Shown: positions 45,983 to 61,608 of the stretch, piece after piece
How the letters are laid out: every line of letters starts with the position of its first letter
How positions within the stretch are numbered: position 1 is the stretch's first letter
Source: the human T2T-CHM13v2.0 reference genome, Homo sapiens
Reading direction: 5' to 3' (one strand)
Assembly (NCBI RefSeq): GCF_009914755.1
Contig: NC_060934.1
Length of the DNA: 64,000 nucleotides
Notes under the pieces: generated by a model
Seen by the model: the letters and a program-made list of their open reading frames with translations, nothing else
Told to the model about the DNA's origin: nothing
Databases searched by the model: none
Made by a program: the position numbers and the translations under genes

Positions 45983-47549
45983 GGTAGCTTCTGTTACCAA
46001 TGCTCCCTTAGGTTTTTTTTAGGGGGGTCCTGGGGGGTAAACCACAAATTCCCTATACTAAAACCCTTAATATCTAGGCTACATAGAGTAGCTTCTGGTT
46101 TCCTGATTAATATATGAACCTTCCTAAACACGATTGATGCAAGGGCAATAAATTATAACAACTGACAGCCTAATCACGACTTACCCCCAAAGATATGTGG
46201 GAAGATTAACATTTGAACAAAAACTGCTGTTCTAACACAAAGAAAAATTGGGTGGGGGTAGGGGACATGATTCCAGTATGGAGCAAAATATAATATCAGG
46301 AAATTTGGCTTCTGGTAATAATTATGTAACTTGGTGGGACTAACCTTCCCACAGATGACAATGATAAAGTCTGGGTGAAAATATTAAAAATCACCTATCG
46401 GAAGATACCAGACAGAGACTGAAAGCAGGCAAAAACTGGAGAAAAGTCTACCCTTAAAAGGTTGGAACTATACCAATGTGATTTTTGAGTTTGTAGTGTT
46501 TGCCCTAAGATGTTCACTAATCGAGTAGGTGGCTGAGGATGAAGAAAGTTCCAGCCTTACTGGACTGTGGTGTCAGAGTACAGTGTTCAGGATTGAAAAG
46601 CAGCTAGGAAGCTGGGGATAAGTCTAGAAGGGAGGGCTTCATAGAGGCAACAAGCCCCCAAATTTGCATATACATTGCTCAAATTCTTGTCTGAAAACTG
46701 AAATATGCACATTAAAATTAATTCTCTACTAGAACAGAAATCAACACTCTTCTTAGCAATGTAACAGAATCCAGAGACTCTACAATGTGTCATTCATTAT
46801 GTCTGGTATAAGTTAAGAAATGACTAAACATATAAGAAACAAGAAAATATGATACATATGCAAAAGAAGAAAAAAAAAAAACCCAGTCAATGAGAAGCAA
46901 ACCTTAGGTGGTACTTAGCAGACAAGAATTTTAAGGCAGCTATTATAAGACTGTTCAAGGACTTACAGGAAAATACATGTAATGAAAGAACAGATGGAGA
47001 ATCTTAGCAGCAAAATGGAAACAATTAAAAGATCCAAACGAAAATTTTAGATGAAAAATACAGTAAATAAAATGAAAAATTTACTGGATATATTTAATGG
47101 CAAATTGGAGGTGGCACAAGAGTCAGTGAATCAGAAAATAATGAACGGAAATTATCCAAATTCAAGAAAAGAGGAGGAAAAGATAGAAGATATATGAATA
47201 GCTACTCGGGGAACTGTAATATAATACCAAGCAGTTGAACACATGAAATTGGACTTCCAGAATTAGAGAAGAGGGAGAGAAGAGGGAAGAAAAAAAAATT
47301 TGAAGAAATAATGGCCAAAGCCTCCCAGATTTAGTAAAAACATAAACTTACAGATCCAAAAGGTTAGTTAACCACAGCAGAAGAAATGCAAGGAAAACTA
47401 CACTAAGGATGTGGCAGACTGCTGAATTCCAAAGATGAAAAGAAAGGAGCCAAGAAAAAAAAAAAAACACCTCTATAGACTACATAAAGAGAAACAATAA
47501 CACAAACGACAGCAGACTTCTCATCAGAAACAACAGGGCCAGAAGACTA

Positions 47550-47963
47550 TGATGCACACCCAGGAAACCTTCGGTGAAAAACTCGTTGCCCCAGCTGTGA
47601 AGAGTGCTGTTAGTAGATAACTTTCATTTGTCCGCTTCTTTAGGAATTGCTTCAGCTGTCGAGAATTGCCTCACTCTAGGTCATACCCCTTCCTGAGGTG
47701 CCTACAGTCAGGGATCAGTCAATTGGGCCTGACCATCTTGGTCCGTGGCAAGACGTATCTGAAGGGCTGTTCTTGCTCCAGATCTTCCCGGGTGGTCAGC
47801 TGAGACTGTTATAGGGCATACATCACAGATGAACTTTTCCTTCTGACCACTCTTACTTTCTTCTTTTTCCCACAGGTTTTGATGCCAAGGAAATTCCTTA
47901 GTAAACATCTATGCGATAAACTCCATCTTGGAGTCTGTCTCCCAGGGAACCAAACCCATGACA
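47550..47963 (+). mobile_element. ERVL-type LTR inserted in L1 ORF1
   Basis: 3' end GAGTCTGTCTCCCAGGGAACCAAACCCATGACA; L1 resumes afterwards. Confidence 0.6.
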
Positions 47964-48771
47964 ACAATTGTATGACATCTTTAAGTACTAAAACCTAAAT
48001 GCCAACCGAGAATTCTGTATGCAGCAAGATTATCTTGCAAAAAGGAAAGCAAAATATAGATATTTTCAGATAAAACCTGAGATCATGTGTCACCAGCAGA
48101 CTTGTGCTATAGCAAATGCTAAGGGGAATTTTTCAAGCTGGAAGGGAATGACACTAGATGGTAACTTGGATCCAATGAAAATAATAAGGACACAGGAAAT
48201 GGTAAATATTTGGGTAAATAGAAAAGGATATATATTTTGGTTTTCTGAATTTCTTTAAAAAATCATGGGATTGTTTAATGGAAAATAATAACACCGTATT
48301 ATGGGGTTTGTAACATAAGTAGATGTACTATGACAAAAATCTCACAAAGTCTGAGGGAGTGGTAAATAAAACTAGAGTATTATAAGGTTCCTATATTTTA
48401 TGTGAAGTAGTATGATTGTGACAAATTAGAGATGTATATTGAAATCCTTAAAACAACTGCTAAAAAATGTAAAAGACATAGCAAAAAAGTCAACAGAAAA
48501 ATAAAAATGGAATACTACAAAATATTTGAAAAATCCAAAAGAAGGCAAGAAAGGAGGAAGAGAGGAATAAAACCTGGAAAAATAGAAGGCAAATAGCAAA
48601 ATGTACACCTAAATCCAACCCTATAAAAATTACATTAAATGTACATGGATGAAAAAACTCCAGTTAAAAGGCAGAAATTATCAGACCAGCTGAAAAAGTG
48701 TGACTTAACTCTGTCTGCAAGAGGCACACTTTCACACTTTAGGTACAAAGACACCAATAGGTTGAAAGTCA

Positions 48772-49171
<400 letters not shown>

Positions 49172-50290
49172 TCAAACAAAATAGAATTCAAGAAAAGGAG
49201 CGTTAGCAGAGAAGAAAAGAGACATTTCATAATGACAAGAGTGTAAATACATCAGGAGGACCAAACAATTATGAATGACTGTATGCTAAATAACCGAGCT
49301 TCAGAATACATGAAATACAAACTGTCAGGATTATAGCAATAAAAAAATAGACAAATCCACAATCATTGCTGGAGATTTTAACATATCTCTCTCAGTAATT
49401 GATAGAACTAGGAGACAAAATCCATAAGGCTATAGAAGATCTAAACCATACCATTAATCACTTTGACCTAAATGACAACTTTGGAACACTAAGCCCAAGT
49501 GGAAAATTCACATTCCTTCCAAGTGCAAATAGAATGTTCACTTAGATGGACTAAATGCTGGGTCATCAAACAAGTCTCAATAAATTGTTGATAAATATTG
49601 GATTCTGAAAGAGTATGTTTTCTGACCACAACAGAATTCAATTAGAAATCAGTAACAGTAAGATAGCTAGGAAATTCCCAAATATTTGAAAATTAAGCAA
49701 CACACTTTTAAGTAACACATGAGGCAAAAAATAAATCATAAGGGAAATGAGAAAATATTACAAAGTTAGTGAAAATACAACATAAAAAATTTGTGGGTTG
49801 TATTTACATCTTTAAATGCTAATATGAGACAGCAAGAAAAGCTTAACATAAATTATCTTAAGATTCCAGTTTAAGAACCTACAAAAAGACAAGTTAAACC
49901 CAAAGCAAGAAGGAAAGAGTAAAAAGCAGATATCGACGGGAAAAAAAAATCCAGAAGCAATCTATAGAGAAAATTATAAGCAAGCCAGAAGGAATTATTT
50001 GAAAAGGGTAATAAAATAGATAAAATTCTAGCAAGACCTATTAAGAAAAAAAGGGAGAAAATATACATTTTCAGTGTCAGGAATGAAAGAGGGTATGGAT
50101 ATCACTACGGATCCTATTGGCATTGAAGGATAAGAAAATAGTGTGAACTATCTTAGGTTGATATATTAACAACTTAGATAAAATGGCCAAGTTCCTTAAA
50201 AAGTAAAATCTAAGTTGGCACAATATGAAATAAAAAATTGGAACAACCCTTTTTAAATACATTGAATTTATTATGAAAAATATTTTCACA

Positions 50291-50740
50291 GGCTGAGCAT
50301 GGTGGCTCGTGTCTGAAATCCCAGCATTTTGGGAGGCTGAGGCAGGAAGATCACTTGAAGCCAGGAGTTCAAGACCAGGCTAGGCAATAAAGGGAGACCC
50401 TATCTCTAAAATAAAAAAAGCCTGGGCGTGGTGGCTCACGCCGGTAATCCCAGCACTTTGGGAGGCCGAGGATCACTTGAGGTCAGGAGTTCAAGACCAG
50501 ACCAGCCTGGGCAACATGGTGAAACCCCGTCTCTACCAAAAACACAAAAAAGCCAAGCGTGGTGGCAGGTGACAGTATTGCCAGCTACTCAGGAGGCTGA
50601 GGCAGGAGAATCACTTGAACCCAGGAGGAGTTAATAAATAAGTATATTGGCCAGGTGCAGAGGTTGCAGTGAGCTGAGATCATGCCACTGCACTCCAGCC
50701 TGGGCAACAGAGTAAGGCTCTGTCTCAAAAAATAAAATAA
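50291..50740 (+). mobile_element. Alu left monomer (50291-50419) followed by a rearranged AluS (50420-50740)
   Basis: Two Alu starts. The second has a small deletion, a GACCA duplication and a 29-bp insertion. Confidence 0.9.
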
Positions 50741-51033
50741 AGGACAAAGAAAGAATTTCTGATTTTTTCATTTCTATTCAGTTGGAAGTTCATCACAATA
50801 ATGCAAGACAAAGAAAGAAAAGACATAAAAATAGGAGAAAAAGTAATAAAACTTTCTGTTCACAGACAACGTGATTGTTAATGTAAAACTCCTAAGGAAT
50901 CAATAAATAATAACAGCGAAACTACTAGAATCAGTGAATGAGTGTACAAAGTCTTAGGATACAAAGTCAGTATGAAAAAATCAATTGCATGTCTATGTAC
51001 TAACAGCAAACAATTAGAAAATAAAAACCAATT

Positions 51034-51449
51034 TCATAAGCTAAGGGGAAAAGTCAAGCTGGGAACTGCTTAGGGCAAACCTACCTCCCATTCTATTCAA
51101 AGTCATCCCTCTGCTCACTGAGATAAACGCATATCTCATTGCCTCCCTTGGGAAGGCTAATCAGAAACTCAAAAGGATGTTAATCATTTATCTCTTATCT
51201 ACCTATGACCTGGAAGCCCACTCCCAGCTTTGAGTTGTCCCGCCTTTCTGGACTGAACCAATATTCATCTTACATATGTTGATTGATGTGTCATGTCTTT
51301 CTAAAATGTATAAAACCAAGCTATGCTTACCACCTTGGATACATGTCCTCAGGACCTTCTGGGGCTGTGTCACATGCACATGACCTTAACTTTGGCAAAA
51401 TAAACTTCCTAAATTGACTGAGACCAATCTCAGATATTTAGTGTCCACA
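51034..51449 (+). mobile_element. MER4A-like ERV1 LTR (partial)
   Basis: AAGTCAAGCTGGGAACTGCTTAGGGCAAACC ... AATAAACTTCCTAAATTGACTGAGACC ... CACA. Confidence 0.75.
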
Positions 51450-51677
51450 AAAGCATGCAACAGTATTTACTAATATATTTTTTAAAAGATGTTCAAGATC
51501 TTTACGCTGAAAATTATTTAATGTTTTGAGAAATATTTAAGAGACTCAAATAAATGCTACAGTTATGTGGGTAAGGGCCACATGAGAATAGGAGGACATG
51601 GAGAAGAGGGTGTGGAGAAGGGCAGCAGCAATGGTGACTGGACATTGGCTACATATATGGAGATAAATAAGTATATT

Positions 51678-51971
51678 GACCAGGCGTGGTGGCTCATGCC
51701 TGTAATCCCAGCACTTCGGGAGGCCAAGGTCACGGGATTGCTTGAACCCAGGAATTTGAGACCTGCCTGGGCCACATCGTGAAACCCTATCTCTACAAAA
51801 AAATAAAAAATTAGCCAGCTCTGATGGTGTGCACCTGGAGTCTCAGCTACTAGGGAGACTGAGGTGGGAGGATCGCCGAGCCTGGGAGGTTGAGGCTGCA
51901 GTGAGCCATTATCATGTCACTGCACTCCAGCCTGTGCAACAGAGCAAGACCCTGCCTAAATAAATAAAAAA
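51678..51971 (+). mobile_element. AluJ
   Basis: Diverged full Alu. Confidence 0.92.
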
Positions 51972-52452
51972 GAATATTAATGATAGTAGAGACCAGCTTT
52001 CTCATTGTCAGAGAAGGGAATTACAAATATGGAAAGCAGAAAGCAAGAGTGAACCAATAGCTGGAATTGGTGTGAATTCATGGCTTTATAGAAAGATATA
52101 TACATACGCATACACGTAATTTCTAGTTCTGCCCACTGACAAGACTTGAACATGTCAACACCTCAATATTATTGAGCACACCTAAAGACCCAATCTTGAT
52201 TTCTGAAAACCATTCTCCACCAAAAACAAACAAACAAAAATATCCGAGGCTTTTTGATGAAATTAATAATTTGCAAACCGGGACAGGGGATGCACAAAAT
52301 GAGCCTGGAAAGTTTTGTGCAAAAAAATAAGGAAGTCCCCAAAATAATGATGGGGCTCTGTTAAAGGGCATAGAATCCAGTTGGAATGGGCTCCCCGCTG
52401 GTCAAATCTGAGACAAACAACATCAAAATTAGTAGTAATCATAACAAATTAT

Positions 52453-52754
<302 letters not shown>

Positions 52755-52999
52755 AGTAATCGTAACAAATTATAACTCATCAAATAAAACAGGAACCCAT
52801 GAGTCCACATTTGGTATAAAGAAATGTATACCAATGTGAATAAATTGTAAGTTAGATGAGGAACAGATATTTACATAGGTTTACCTTACCTCTTCAAAAA
52901 CTAATATTAGTATTAATTCCAGAGGGAAAAACAGTCACTTACAGTGGAGAATCATGGCCAACACCTTCTTAATCAAATGACCAAACATAATACTAACAT

Positions 53000-53470
53000 A
53001 GAACAGGCAAGCCCCAACATTGAGGCTTAGCCCAGAAGGGTTCTTGGCTTTGCCTGGGAAAGAATTCAAGGGTTAGCAGGTGGTGTTAAACAGCAACTTG
53101 GCAGCATACAGCAGCAGGAAAGGTGCAGCTCCTTGTGAAGCAGGGTTACCCCAAAGGCAGTGTGCCAAGAGAAGCAGCTTGGAGGTGGTTCTGCACTAAT
53201 ATTTATGCCTGTTTTAACTATACACAAATTAAGGGGCAGTTTATGCAGAAATGTCTAGGATGAGGGTGGTAACTTCCAGGTCATCAGGCCGTTGCCATGG
53301 AAAGGCCTTGTAATGTCCAGGTGTTGCCATGGCAATGGTAAACTGATATGGCATACGGATGGGTGTATCTTATGGAAAGCTGCTTCCCCTGGGAACCTGT
53401 TTTTGCTAGTCCTCAATTTGGTCCAGAATCTGAGCCCTGCCTCTGGAGTCAAGTTTTGCCTCCTACCTCA
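53000..53470 (-). mobile_element. ERV1 LTR (MER66-like)
   Basis: Minus strand starts TGAGGTAGGAGGCAAAACTTGACTCC ... GGACCAAATTGAGGACTAGC. Confidence 0.65.
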
Positions 53471-54283
53471 ATATCACTGGTAATGGGACAAATAGACATC
53501 AGAATCCCCTGATGGAATGCCATGGGAACACAGCATCACTTCCATGATTCACAACCCAAATCTAGTCATGAGAAAACACTGGAAAAACCAAAATGGTGGG
53601 ATATTCCTCAAAATAACTGTTCTATAGTCATCAGACTTGTCAAGTTCATGAAAATCGAGGAAAGAGTCAAGAACGATTTCAGATGGAAGGAGAGTAAAGA
53701 GATATGACAAATAAATGCAACGTATAATTGTGGACTAGCTCCTCTTGTATTAAAGAGATTATTGGGACAACTAGAAATTTAAATAGGGTAAAAGGATTAA
53801 GTAGTAGTAACGTATTAATGTCAACTTCCTGATTTTGATGGCAGTGTTTTGACTGTGCAGGAGAATATCCATCTGCAGGAAATATACACAAAAGAATTTG
53901 CTAACAAAGCTGTAGGTTTTTGGCTTTCTCCTGTCTGCTAAGTAAGTTACCACTCCATCATCTGTTTTCCACTTTTCTAAATTTTATTTTATTGATTTAT
54001 TTTATTTTGTTAATAATCTTTATCTGTTATTTCCCCCCCATTCATTCTTTTTGTGTTTATGTGTTTTTTAATTACTCAATATCATTTTTGTTTGGTTTCA
54101 GGAGTGAGCAAATAAAAATGCTTCTGTTTAATCTACCATGAAAAACTGGAAGTCTCTCTGAGCTGTCATAAATCACATCACTGTGTGAGTCATAGAAGTA
54201 GAAAGTGAAAGGGAAGGTATCATAACTGGAAAAAAAAGCAGCAGTTGGAGAGAGGGGACAAATACAAAAGATATTTATATATC

Positions 54284-54895
<612 letters not shown>

Positions 54896-55064
54896 CAGAT
54901 ATCATTTAAACAGAACTCTACTATTTTATATCCTTGTATACATAGTCCTAACGAACATGCTTGTTTAATCATTCTGCTATACAGAGAATGCAAAAAATTG
55001 TTTTGCACAAACCCATGTGGATTGTTATAAAATAATATGTTTTATTGCTGCTTAAATGCCAGTC

Positions 55065-55912
55065 CTCCTCAACAAAATATTAGCAAATCAAATTCAACAA
55101 TGTATAAAAAAGTATACACTAGGACTAAGAGGGATTTGTTTCAGGTTTGCAAGGCTGGTTCAACATTTGAAAACTGATCGCTGTAATCTATCACATTAGC
55201 AGGCTGAAGAAGAATCCCATGATCCTATCAGCAGATGCAGAAAAATAATTTGACAAAATCCAACACTCATTTATGAAAAATCTTTCAACCAACTAGAAAT
55301 AGAAGGGAACTTCTTCAACTTGATAAAGAATATCTATTTTAAAAATCCCTAGAGCTAGCATCATGCTTAATGGTGAGAAACTAGATGCTTTCCCACTAAG
55401 ATCAGGAACAAGGCAAGGACGTCTGCTGTCACCACTCCTATTCAACATTGTACTGGAACTCCTAGATAATGCAATAAGACAAGAAAATGACATAAAAAGT
55501 GTATAGGTTGGTAAGGGAGAAATAAAACTGTCTTTGTTTGCAGATGACATGACTGTCCACATAGAAATACCAAAGAATCAACAAGAACTGGCTAATAAGT
55601 GATTATAGTAAGGTTGCAGGATACAAGGTTAATATGCAAAAGTCAATTGCATTCTTATATACCAGCAATGAACAAATGGAATTTGAAATAAAATACATAA
55701 AGCCATTTACACTAGTACTCACAAGTTAAATACTTAGGTATATATCTAACAAAATATATGTAAGATCTATAAGAAAAACTACAAAACTCTGATGAAAGAA
55801 ATCAAAGAAGCTCTAAATAAATGGAGAGATATTCCATGCATGAAGATAGGAAAACTCAGTATTTTCAAGCTGTCATTTCTTTCCAATTTGATCTACAGAC
55901 TCAGTGCATTCC
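55065..55912 (+). mobile_element. L1 ORF2 reverse-transcriptase fragment (pseudogenised)
   Basis: GGAACAAGGCAAGGA (GTRQG) and TTTGCAGATGAC (FADD, 55537-55548). No long intact ORF. Confidence 0.9.
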
Positions 55913-55944
55913 ATAGACATAACTAGTTGTTCCATAGTGTGTGT

Positions 55945-56536
55945 GTATGCATGTGTTGCTTAATGATGGGAATACATTCTGAAAAATGCGTAATTAGGCC
56001 ATTTCATGGTTGTGCAAACATCACAGATATACTTACATACCAAGATAGTATAGCCTATTACATACATAGACTAGATGGTATAGCCTATTGCTCCTAGGAG
56101 ATAAACCTGTACAGAATTTTACTGTACTGAATACTGTAGGCAATTGTAACACAACGGTATTTGTGTACTTAAGCATACCTAAACATAAAAACTACAGTAA
56201 AAACCTGGTATAAAAGATAAAAAACGATATAACTATATAAGACACCATGAATGGTGCTTGCAGGACTGGAAATTGCTCTGGGTGAGTCAGTGAGTGAGTG
56301 GTGGGTGAATGTGAAGGCCTAGAATGTTACTATACACTATCACAGACTTTAAAAGCCCCATAGCCTTAGGCTACACTAAGTTTATTTTTAAAATATAGTA
56401 ATTGCTCCATGATCTTATGACATCTACAATGTCATCTGGTGATAGAAAATTTTCAGCTCCATTATAATCTTATGGGACCACTGTTGTGTATGTGGTCCAC
56501 TGTTGACTGAAACACCATGATGTTGCACATGACTCT
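55945..56536. mobile_element. Tigger3-derived MITE, followed by (TG)n and an MLT2-like end
   Basis: TTGCTTAATGATGGGAATACATTCTGAAAAATGC ... GTTGACTGAAACACCATGATGTTGCACATGACT. Confidence 0.75.
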
Positions 56537-56738
56537 GTGTGTTTGTGTGTGTGTGTGTGTGTGTGTTCCCAGAGAAACCTGACTAATACAATGGCTAATT
56601 GTCTACTACTAGCTCTACTATCCTTCTTGCCTCCTTCTTGTCTTCAACCTGAATCAGCTTTCAGCTAACCTCAATTTACAGAGAAGCAGATAATTAACAT
56701 TGAGGTATTGTTGTGTGAAGTTGATAGGGTCTATATAC

Positions 56739-57050
56739 CTTTTACTTTTTTTTTTTTTTTTTTTTTTGAGACAGAGTCTCGCTCTTGTTGCCCGGGCTGG
56801 AATGCAGTGGAGTGATCTTGGCTCACGGCAACTTCCACCTCCCGGGTTCAAGTAATTCTCCTGCCTCAGCCTCCTGAGTAGCTGGGATTACAGGCACCCA
56901 CCACCATTCCCAGCTAATTTTTGTATTTTTAGTTGAGATGGGGCTTCACCATGTTGGCCAGGCTGGTCTCGAACTCCTGACCTCAGGTGATTCGCCCACC
57001 TCAGCCTCCCAAAGTGCTGGGATTACAGGCATGAGCCACTGCACCCGGAC
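56739..57050 (-). mobile_element. AluSq/Sp
   Basis: Poly-T plus antisense Alu. Confidence 0.95.
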
Positions 57051-58057
57051 CTCCATATTTCTTTTAACAATAATGTCTTCAAACAAAAAGAAAGGAATGC
57101 TAAAAACGAAAGTTTATTCCACCAGGTTGGTGGACTGTATCATACATATGCATTTGATTCTATATACATAGATATGTGTTTTTATTTATTTTGGTTTTGG
57201 TTGAATGGTCATTGCTCCAACCAAAAAGATATGTGTTTTATTTATTTTGTTTTTGGTTGGAGGGTCATTCTGGATGTCAGTCTCTGCCTGCTACAGATAG
57301 TGGGCACCTACCTCAGCAGGCTGTCTCTTGCAGACTCTGGGTTTTTCTCAGATTAAGAACCCAGACCCACTAGCTGTAGACCTAGTCTGTGGCTCTAAGA
57401 CAGACATTTAATATTGATGATTCCCTCCAACCTGAGTTTTTATAAGCCTGCTTGCGGCTTCCAGCCTGCGACCTTCCCTAGCTTATACAACCAGGCTTCG
57501 GCCCTGGTTCCTTGTTTGTGCTTTAGCAATCTGGTAGTTCTGGAGCCATGACACAAGCTTAGGCCCATTTGGCTAGATTGCGATTTTCTGTGTAGCTTTT
57601 GCCAGCTTCTGTGCCCCAGAGTGTCTGATACCATTCATTCTACTTCTATTTCAACTTGAATAGACTTCTCTTGGACTCTGATTCTGGTTCTGCATGACTA
57701 AGTTGCTGCCATTACTCAGTGACTGTTGAAGTTGTGCCCTCACTTAGCAAGAGAGACCTCCTGGGTGGATCCAACTTGAACTGTTTCCAAGTTTCTCTTG
57801 CTCTGGTGGATACTGTGACATGCATCCTGGGACTCAATGTTGTTTCTGGGTTGGTTCCAGACTCCCTGTTTCCAGTTCATTCCCTGGTCCCTGATGGGGA
57901 GCTTCTGGGATCCAACATGCTTCACATTTTGGTCTGCAAGGGTTAGGGAATAGTTATCAAATCACAGCACACAGAAGATTGGGAGATAAGCATAAAGGAT
58001 ATCTTAAGTAAAAAAGTGACAAGATGAAAGTGGCATTTTGGGATGATTAATCTCCTA

Positions 58058-58412
<355 letters not shown>

Positions 58413-59888
58413 TTAATCCATTAATTGAGGCATTTCGTGCTTAAGACCTGGCCTAGGGTAGTAGTGAACATGAGAAGTAATGAATCTAAAATACTTCATG
58501 CAAATTGCAAATAAGATGCTATTTGCATAAAGATGTTCACTGCAGAATAACTTATAATAGCAAAAGCTTGCAATGACCTAAATATCCAGCAACACAGGAG
58601 TGATTTAAATAAATTCTGGTTATAGTCCACTTAATGAAATATTACATAACTAAAGAAGCCACAATGAAGACTGTCAATCAAAATGTGAAAGTGGATGTGA
58701 TATGATTAAATAAAAGAAAAAACAGGATGCAAAATAATAGGTGCACAATTATTACAAAGTCTATACACATGCAAATAAAATATGCGCCCTAATTTTATTA
58801 AGTGGTAACAGTAATTGTGTGATAGAATTACGTATGATTTTATTTTCTCCATTTGCTAAATTCCTATAATATGGTTGTATTAGTTTTAAAGGTTCTGTGA
58901 TTCTAACTTCCTATTTAGAGTAATTTTACCTCTAATTTCAGTGATCATTTTGATAAATTTATTGGTGCCCTGATATATCCTAGGTCCTGGAATGAACCTT
59001 GAGGGAGGGTAAACAGCCATTTTGAGAAAGTCATGTTGTTTGTTTTTATTTTTTCATCAAGGGCCAAGCCAAACCTGCCTTTGGCAGTTGAGGCCCTTGA
59101 TGAAAAAATAAAAACAAATAGCAAAACATTGTTTTCCAGGCAGCCCAAGAAGACCTACTTACTGGAAACTTATGCATTGGATTTATGTCGATTTCTAGCA
59201 TAGCTGGGCCACAGCTGCCTCCCCGGCCACCAGGTGCCCATACTTTGTACTCATTTTCCCTTTCTCTGGGGGCTACAATAGGAACTAATGTTAAAATCAG
59301 CAAGCCCTAAGCATTGTTGAAATCAACGAGCCCTTACCACAACTGGCATGTTTTTTCCCCTTAATACTGCTTGTTTTTCATCTCTACCTTGAGGCAGTAT
59401 TAACTTAGTTGATAAAATCATGGACAGACCTGGTTTGAAGTTCTGGGTGTTCTGCTCATAGCTGTGTGATCGTGGGTAAGTTACTCGACCAAGCCGTGTC
59501 TCCATCAGCTCCGGGTGTGATATTGCTACCTTATAGAATTGCGGAATGATGGTAAAGAGGCCCAGGAAGAGTTATCAGTAGAGCTATTTTGCCATCATTC
59601 AACCTCACCAAGTTGCTGCTGAGGGAGAAGGGTGCTGGCCTCTCAGTGGATCCTGTATCTCCATTTGGGGGAGGTCAGGACAGGACTGTGCACAAAGACC
59701 CTTTATGTTACAACTTGACATGTTTTCTGAAATGCCGCCTGCATTCATGACTCTCCTGGGACAGTTTAGATGTCACTATCATCCAGCATCTAGATACTCT
59801 TATGCAGCTACAGAATTTATTGAGGTAAATGTGCAACGATTTTCAGATGAGGCCGGAAACATAGCATTCTTTGTATGGCAAAGATGAA

Positions 59889-60311
59889 TGTGTCTTAGTC
59901 CGTTTATGTTGCTATAAAGGAACACCTGACTCTGGATAATTTATAAAGACAAGTTTTTTTGGCTCACAGTTCTCCAGGCTGTATAAGAAGCATGGCGCCA
60001 GCATCTGCTTCTGGTGAGGCCTCAGGAAGCTTCCACTTACTGCAGGAGGGGAAGGGGAGCCAGCGCCAGCATGTGGTGATCACACGGTGAGAGAGAAAGC
60101 AGGAGAGAGAAGGAGGTGCCAGACACTTTTTAACAACCAGCTGTCGTGTGAACTAATAGAGCGAGAGCTCTGTCATTACTGAGAGGATGCACCAAGCCGT
60201 TCATGAGGGATCCGCCCCCGTGACTCAACCACCTCCCATTAGGCCCCACCTCCAATGTTGGGAATCAAATTTCAACACGAAGTTTGGGCAACAAACATCT
60301 AAACCGTAGCA
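59889..60311 (-). mobile_element. MST (MaLR) solo LTR
   Basis: TGTCTTAGTCCGTTT ... CATCTAAACCGTAGCA. Confidence 0.85.
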
Positions 60312-60403
60312 AACAGGTAAGTGGGAAGTTCAGTAATAATTACCGAATTTATAGATAACAGGTCTCTGAGCCCATCTCCCCTGAATACTCCCTTTTGGGA
60401 GCC

Positions 60404-60817
60404 TGTGGCCAGGCTGATCTTGAACTCCTGACCTTGTGATCCACCTGTCTCAGCCTCCCAAAGTGTTGGGACTACAGGTGTGAGCCACTGCGCCTGGCCT
60501 GGTGCCTGCATTTTTTATTTTTATTTTTATTTTTTTTGAGACGGAATCTGACTCTGTCACCCAGGCTGGAGTGCAGTAGCATGGTCTCAGCTCACTGCAA
60601 CCTCCGCCCCCCTGGGTTCAAGTGGTTCTCCTGCCTCAGCCCCCTGAGTAGCTGGGATTACAGGCACCTGCCACTGCGCCTGGTTAATTTTTGTATTTTT
60701 AGTAGAGACAGGGTTTCACTGTGTTAGCCAGGATGGTCTCTATTTCCTGACCTTGTGATCCGCCCAACTCGGCCTCCCAAAGTGCTGGGATGACAGGCAT
60801 GAGCCACTGCGCCTGGC
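60404..60817 (-). mobile_element. Alu 5' fragment (60404-60499) plus AluSc-like element (60511-60817)
   Basis: The second Alu has TSD TGGTGCCTGCATTTTTT. Confidence 0.9.
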
Positions 60818-60937
60818 TGGTGCCTGCATTTTTTAACCTATGTTTCCTCTCTCTCTGTCACTGACTCTAACATGTCCCCTGTTGGCTGGATCCATGAACT
60901 TGCAGGCTATTCTTCTTGGATTACCTCTTCCACCTGG

Positions 60938-61235
60938 ATTTTTTTTTTTTTTTTGAGACAAGGACTCACTTTGCCACTTAGACTAGAGCATGGTGATGCA
61001 ATCACGGTTCACTGCAGCCTTGACCCCCTGGGCTCAAGTGATCCTCCCTCTCAGCCTTCCAAGTAGCTGGGATTGCAGACATGCATCACTACACCTGGCT
61101 AACTTTTAAGTATTTTGTAAAGAAGCAGTCTCGCTCTGTTGCCCAGGCTGGTCTTGAACTCCTGATCGCATGCAGTCCTCTTGCTTCAGTCTCCCAAAGT
61201 ATTGAGATCACAGGCATGAGTCACTGCACACAGCC
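60938..61235 (-). mobile_element. AluJ
   Basis: Diverged antisense Alu. Confidence 0.9.
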
Positions 61236-61608
61236 TGTTTGGCATTTTGACAATGGCCCAAATTCTCTATTGCCTGCCTGTGGCTAACCCTCCTTGTCTG
61301 CTAACCCTCCTTCTTCCAGAGGAGGAAGACACGTGTGGGTCTTCCTCCTCACCTGGTCCAGTTCTCACCTGACCACTTTGCCAAAGCTGACAAGAAACTG
61401 CTCCTCAGCACCCAGCTTCCTCCCACAGGCAATAGAGATCTTTCAACAGGGCTGATACCCACTATGGGAATTCAGAAGAAAGCTGGGCAAGTGATAGGAC
61501 AAGGGAAAGAAGCCAAGAGGTGGTAGAAAGTGGGAAAGTGGAAACATCAGGGAAGGATCATGGAGGGAGAGGAAGAACCGTAAAGTCGTTCAGGTAACTG
61601 TTGGTGGA

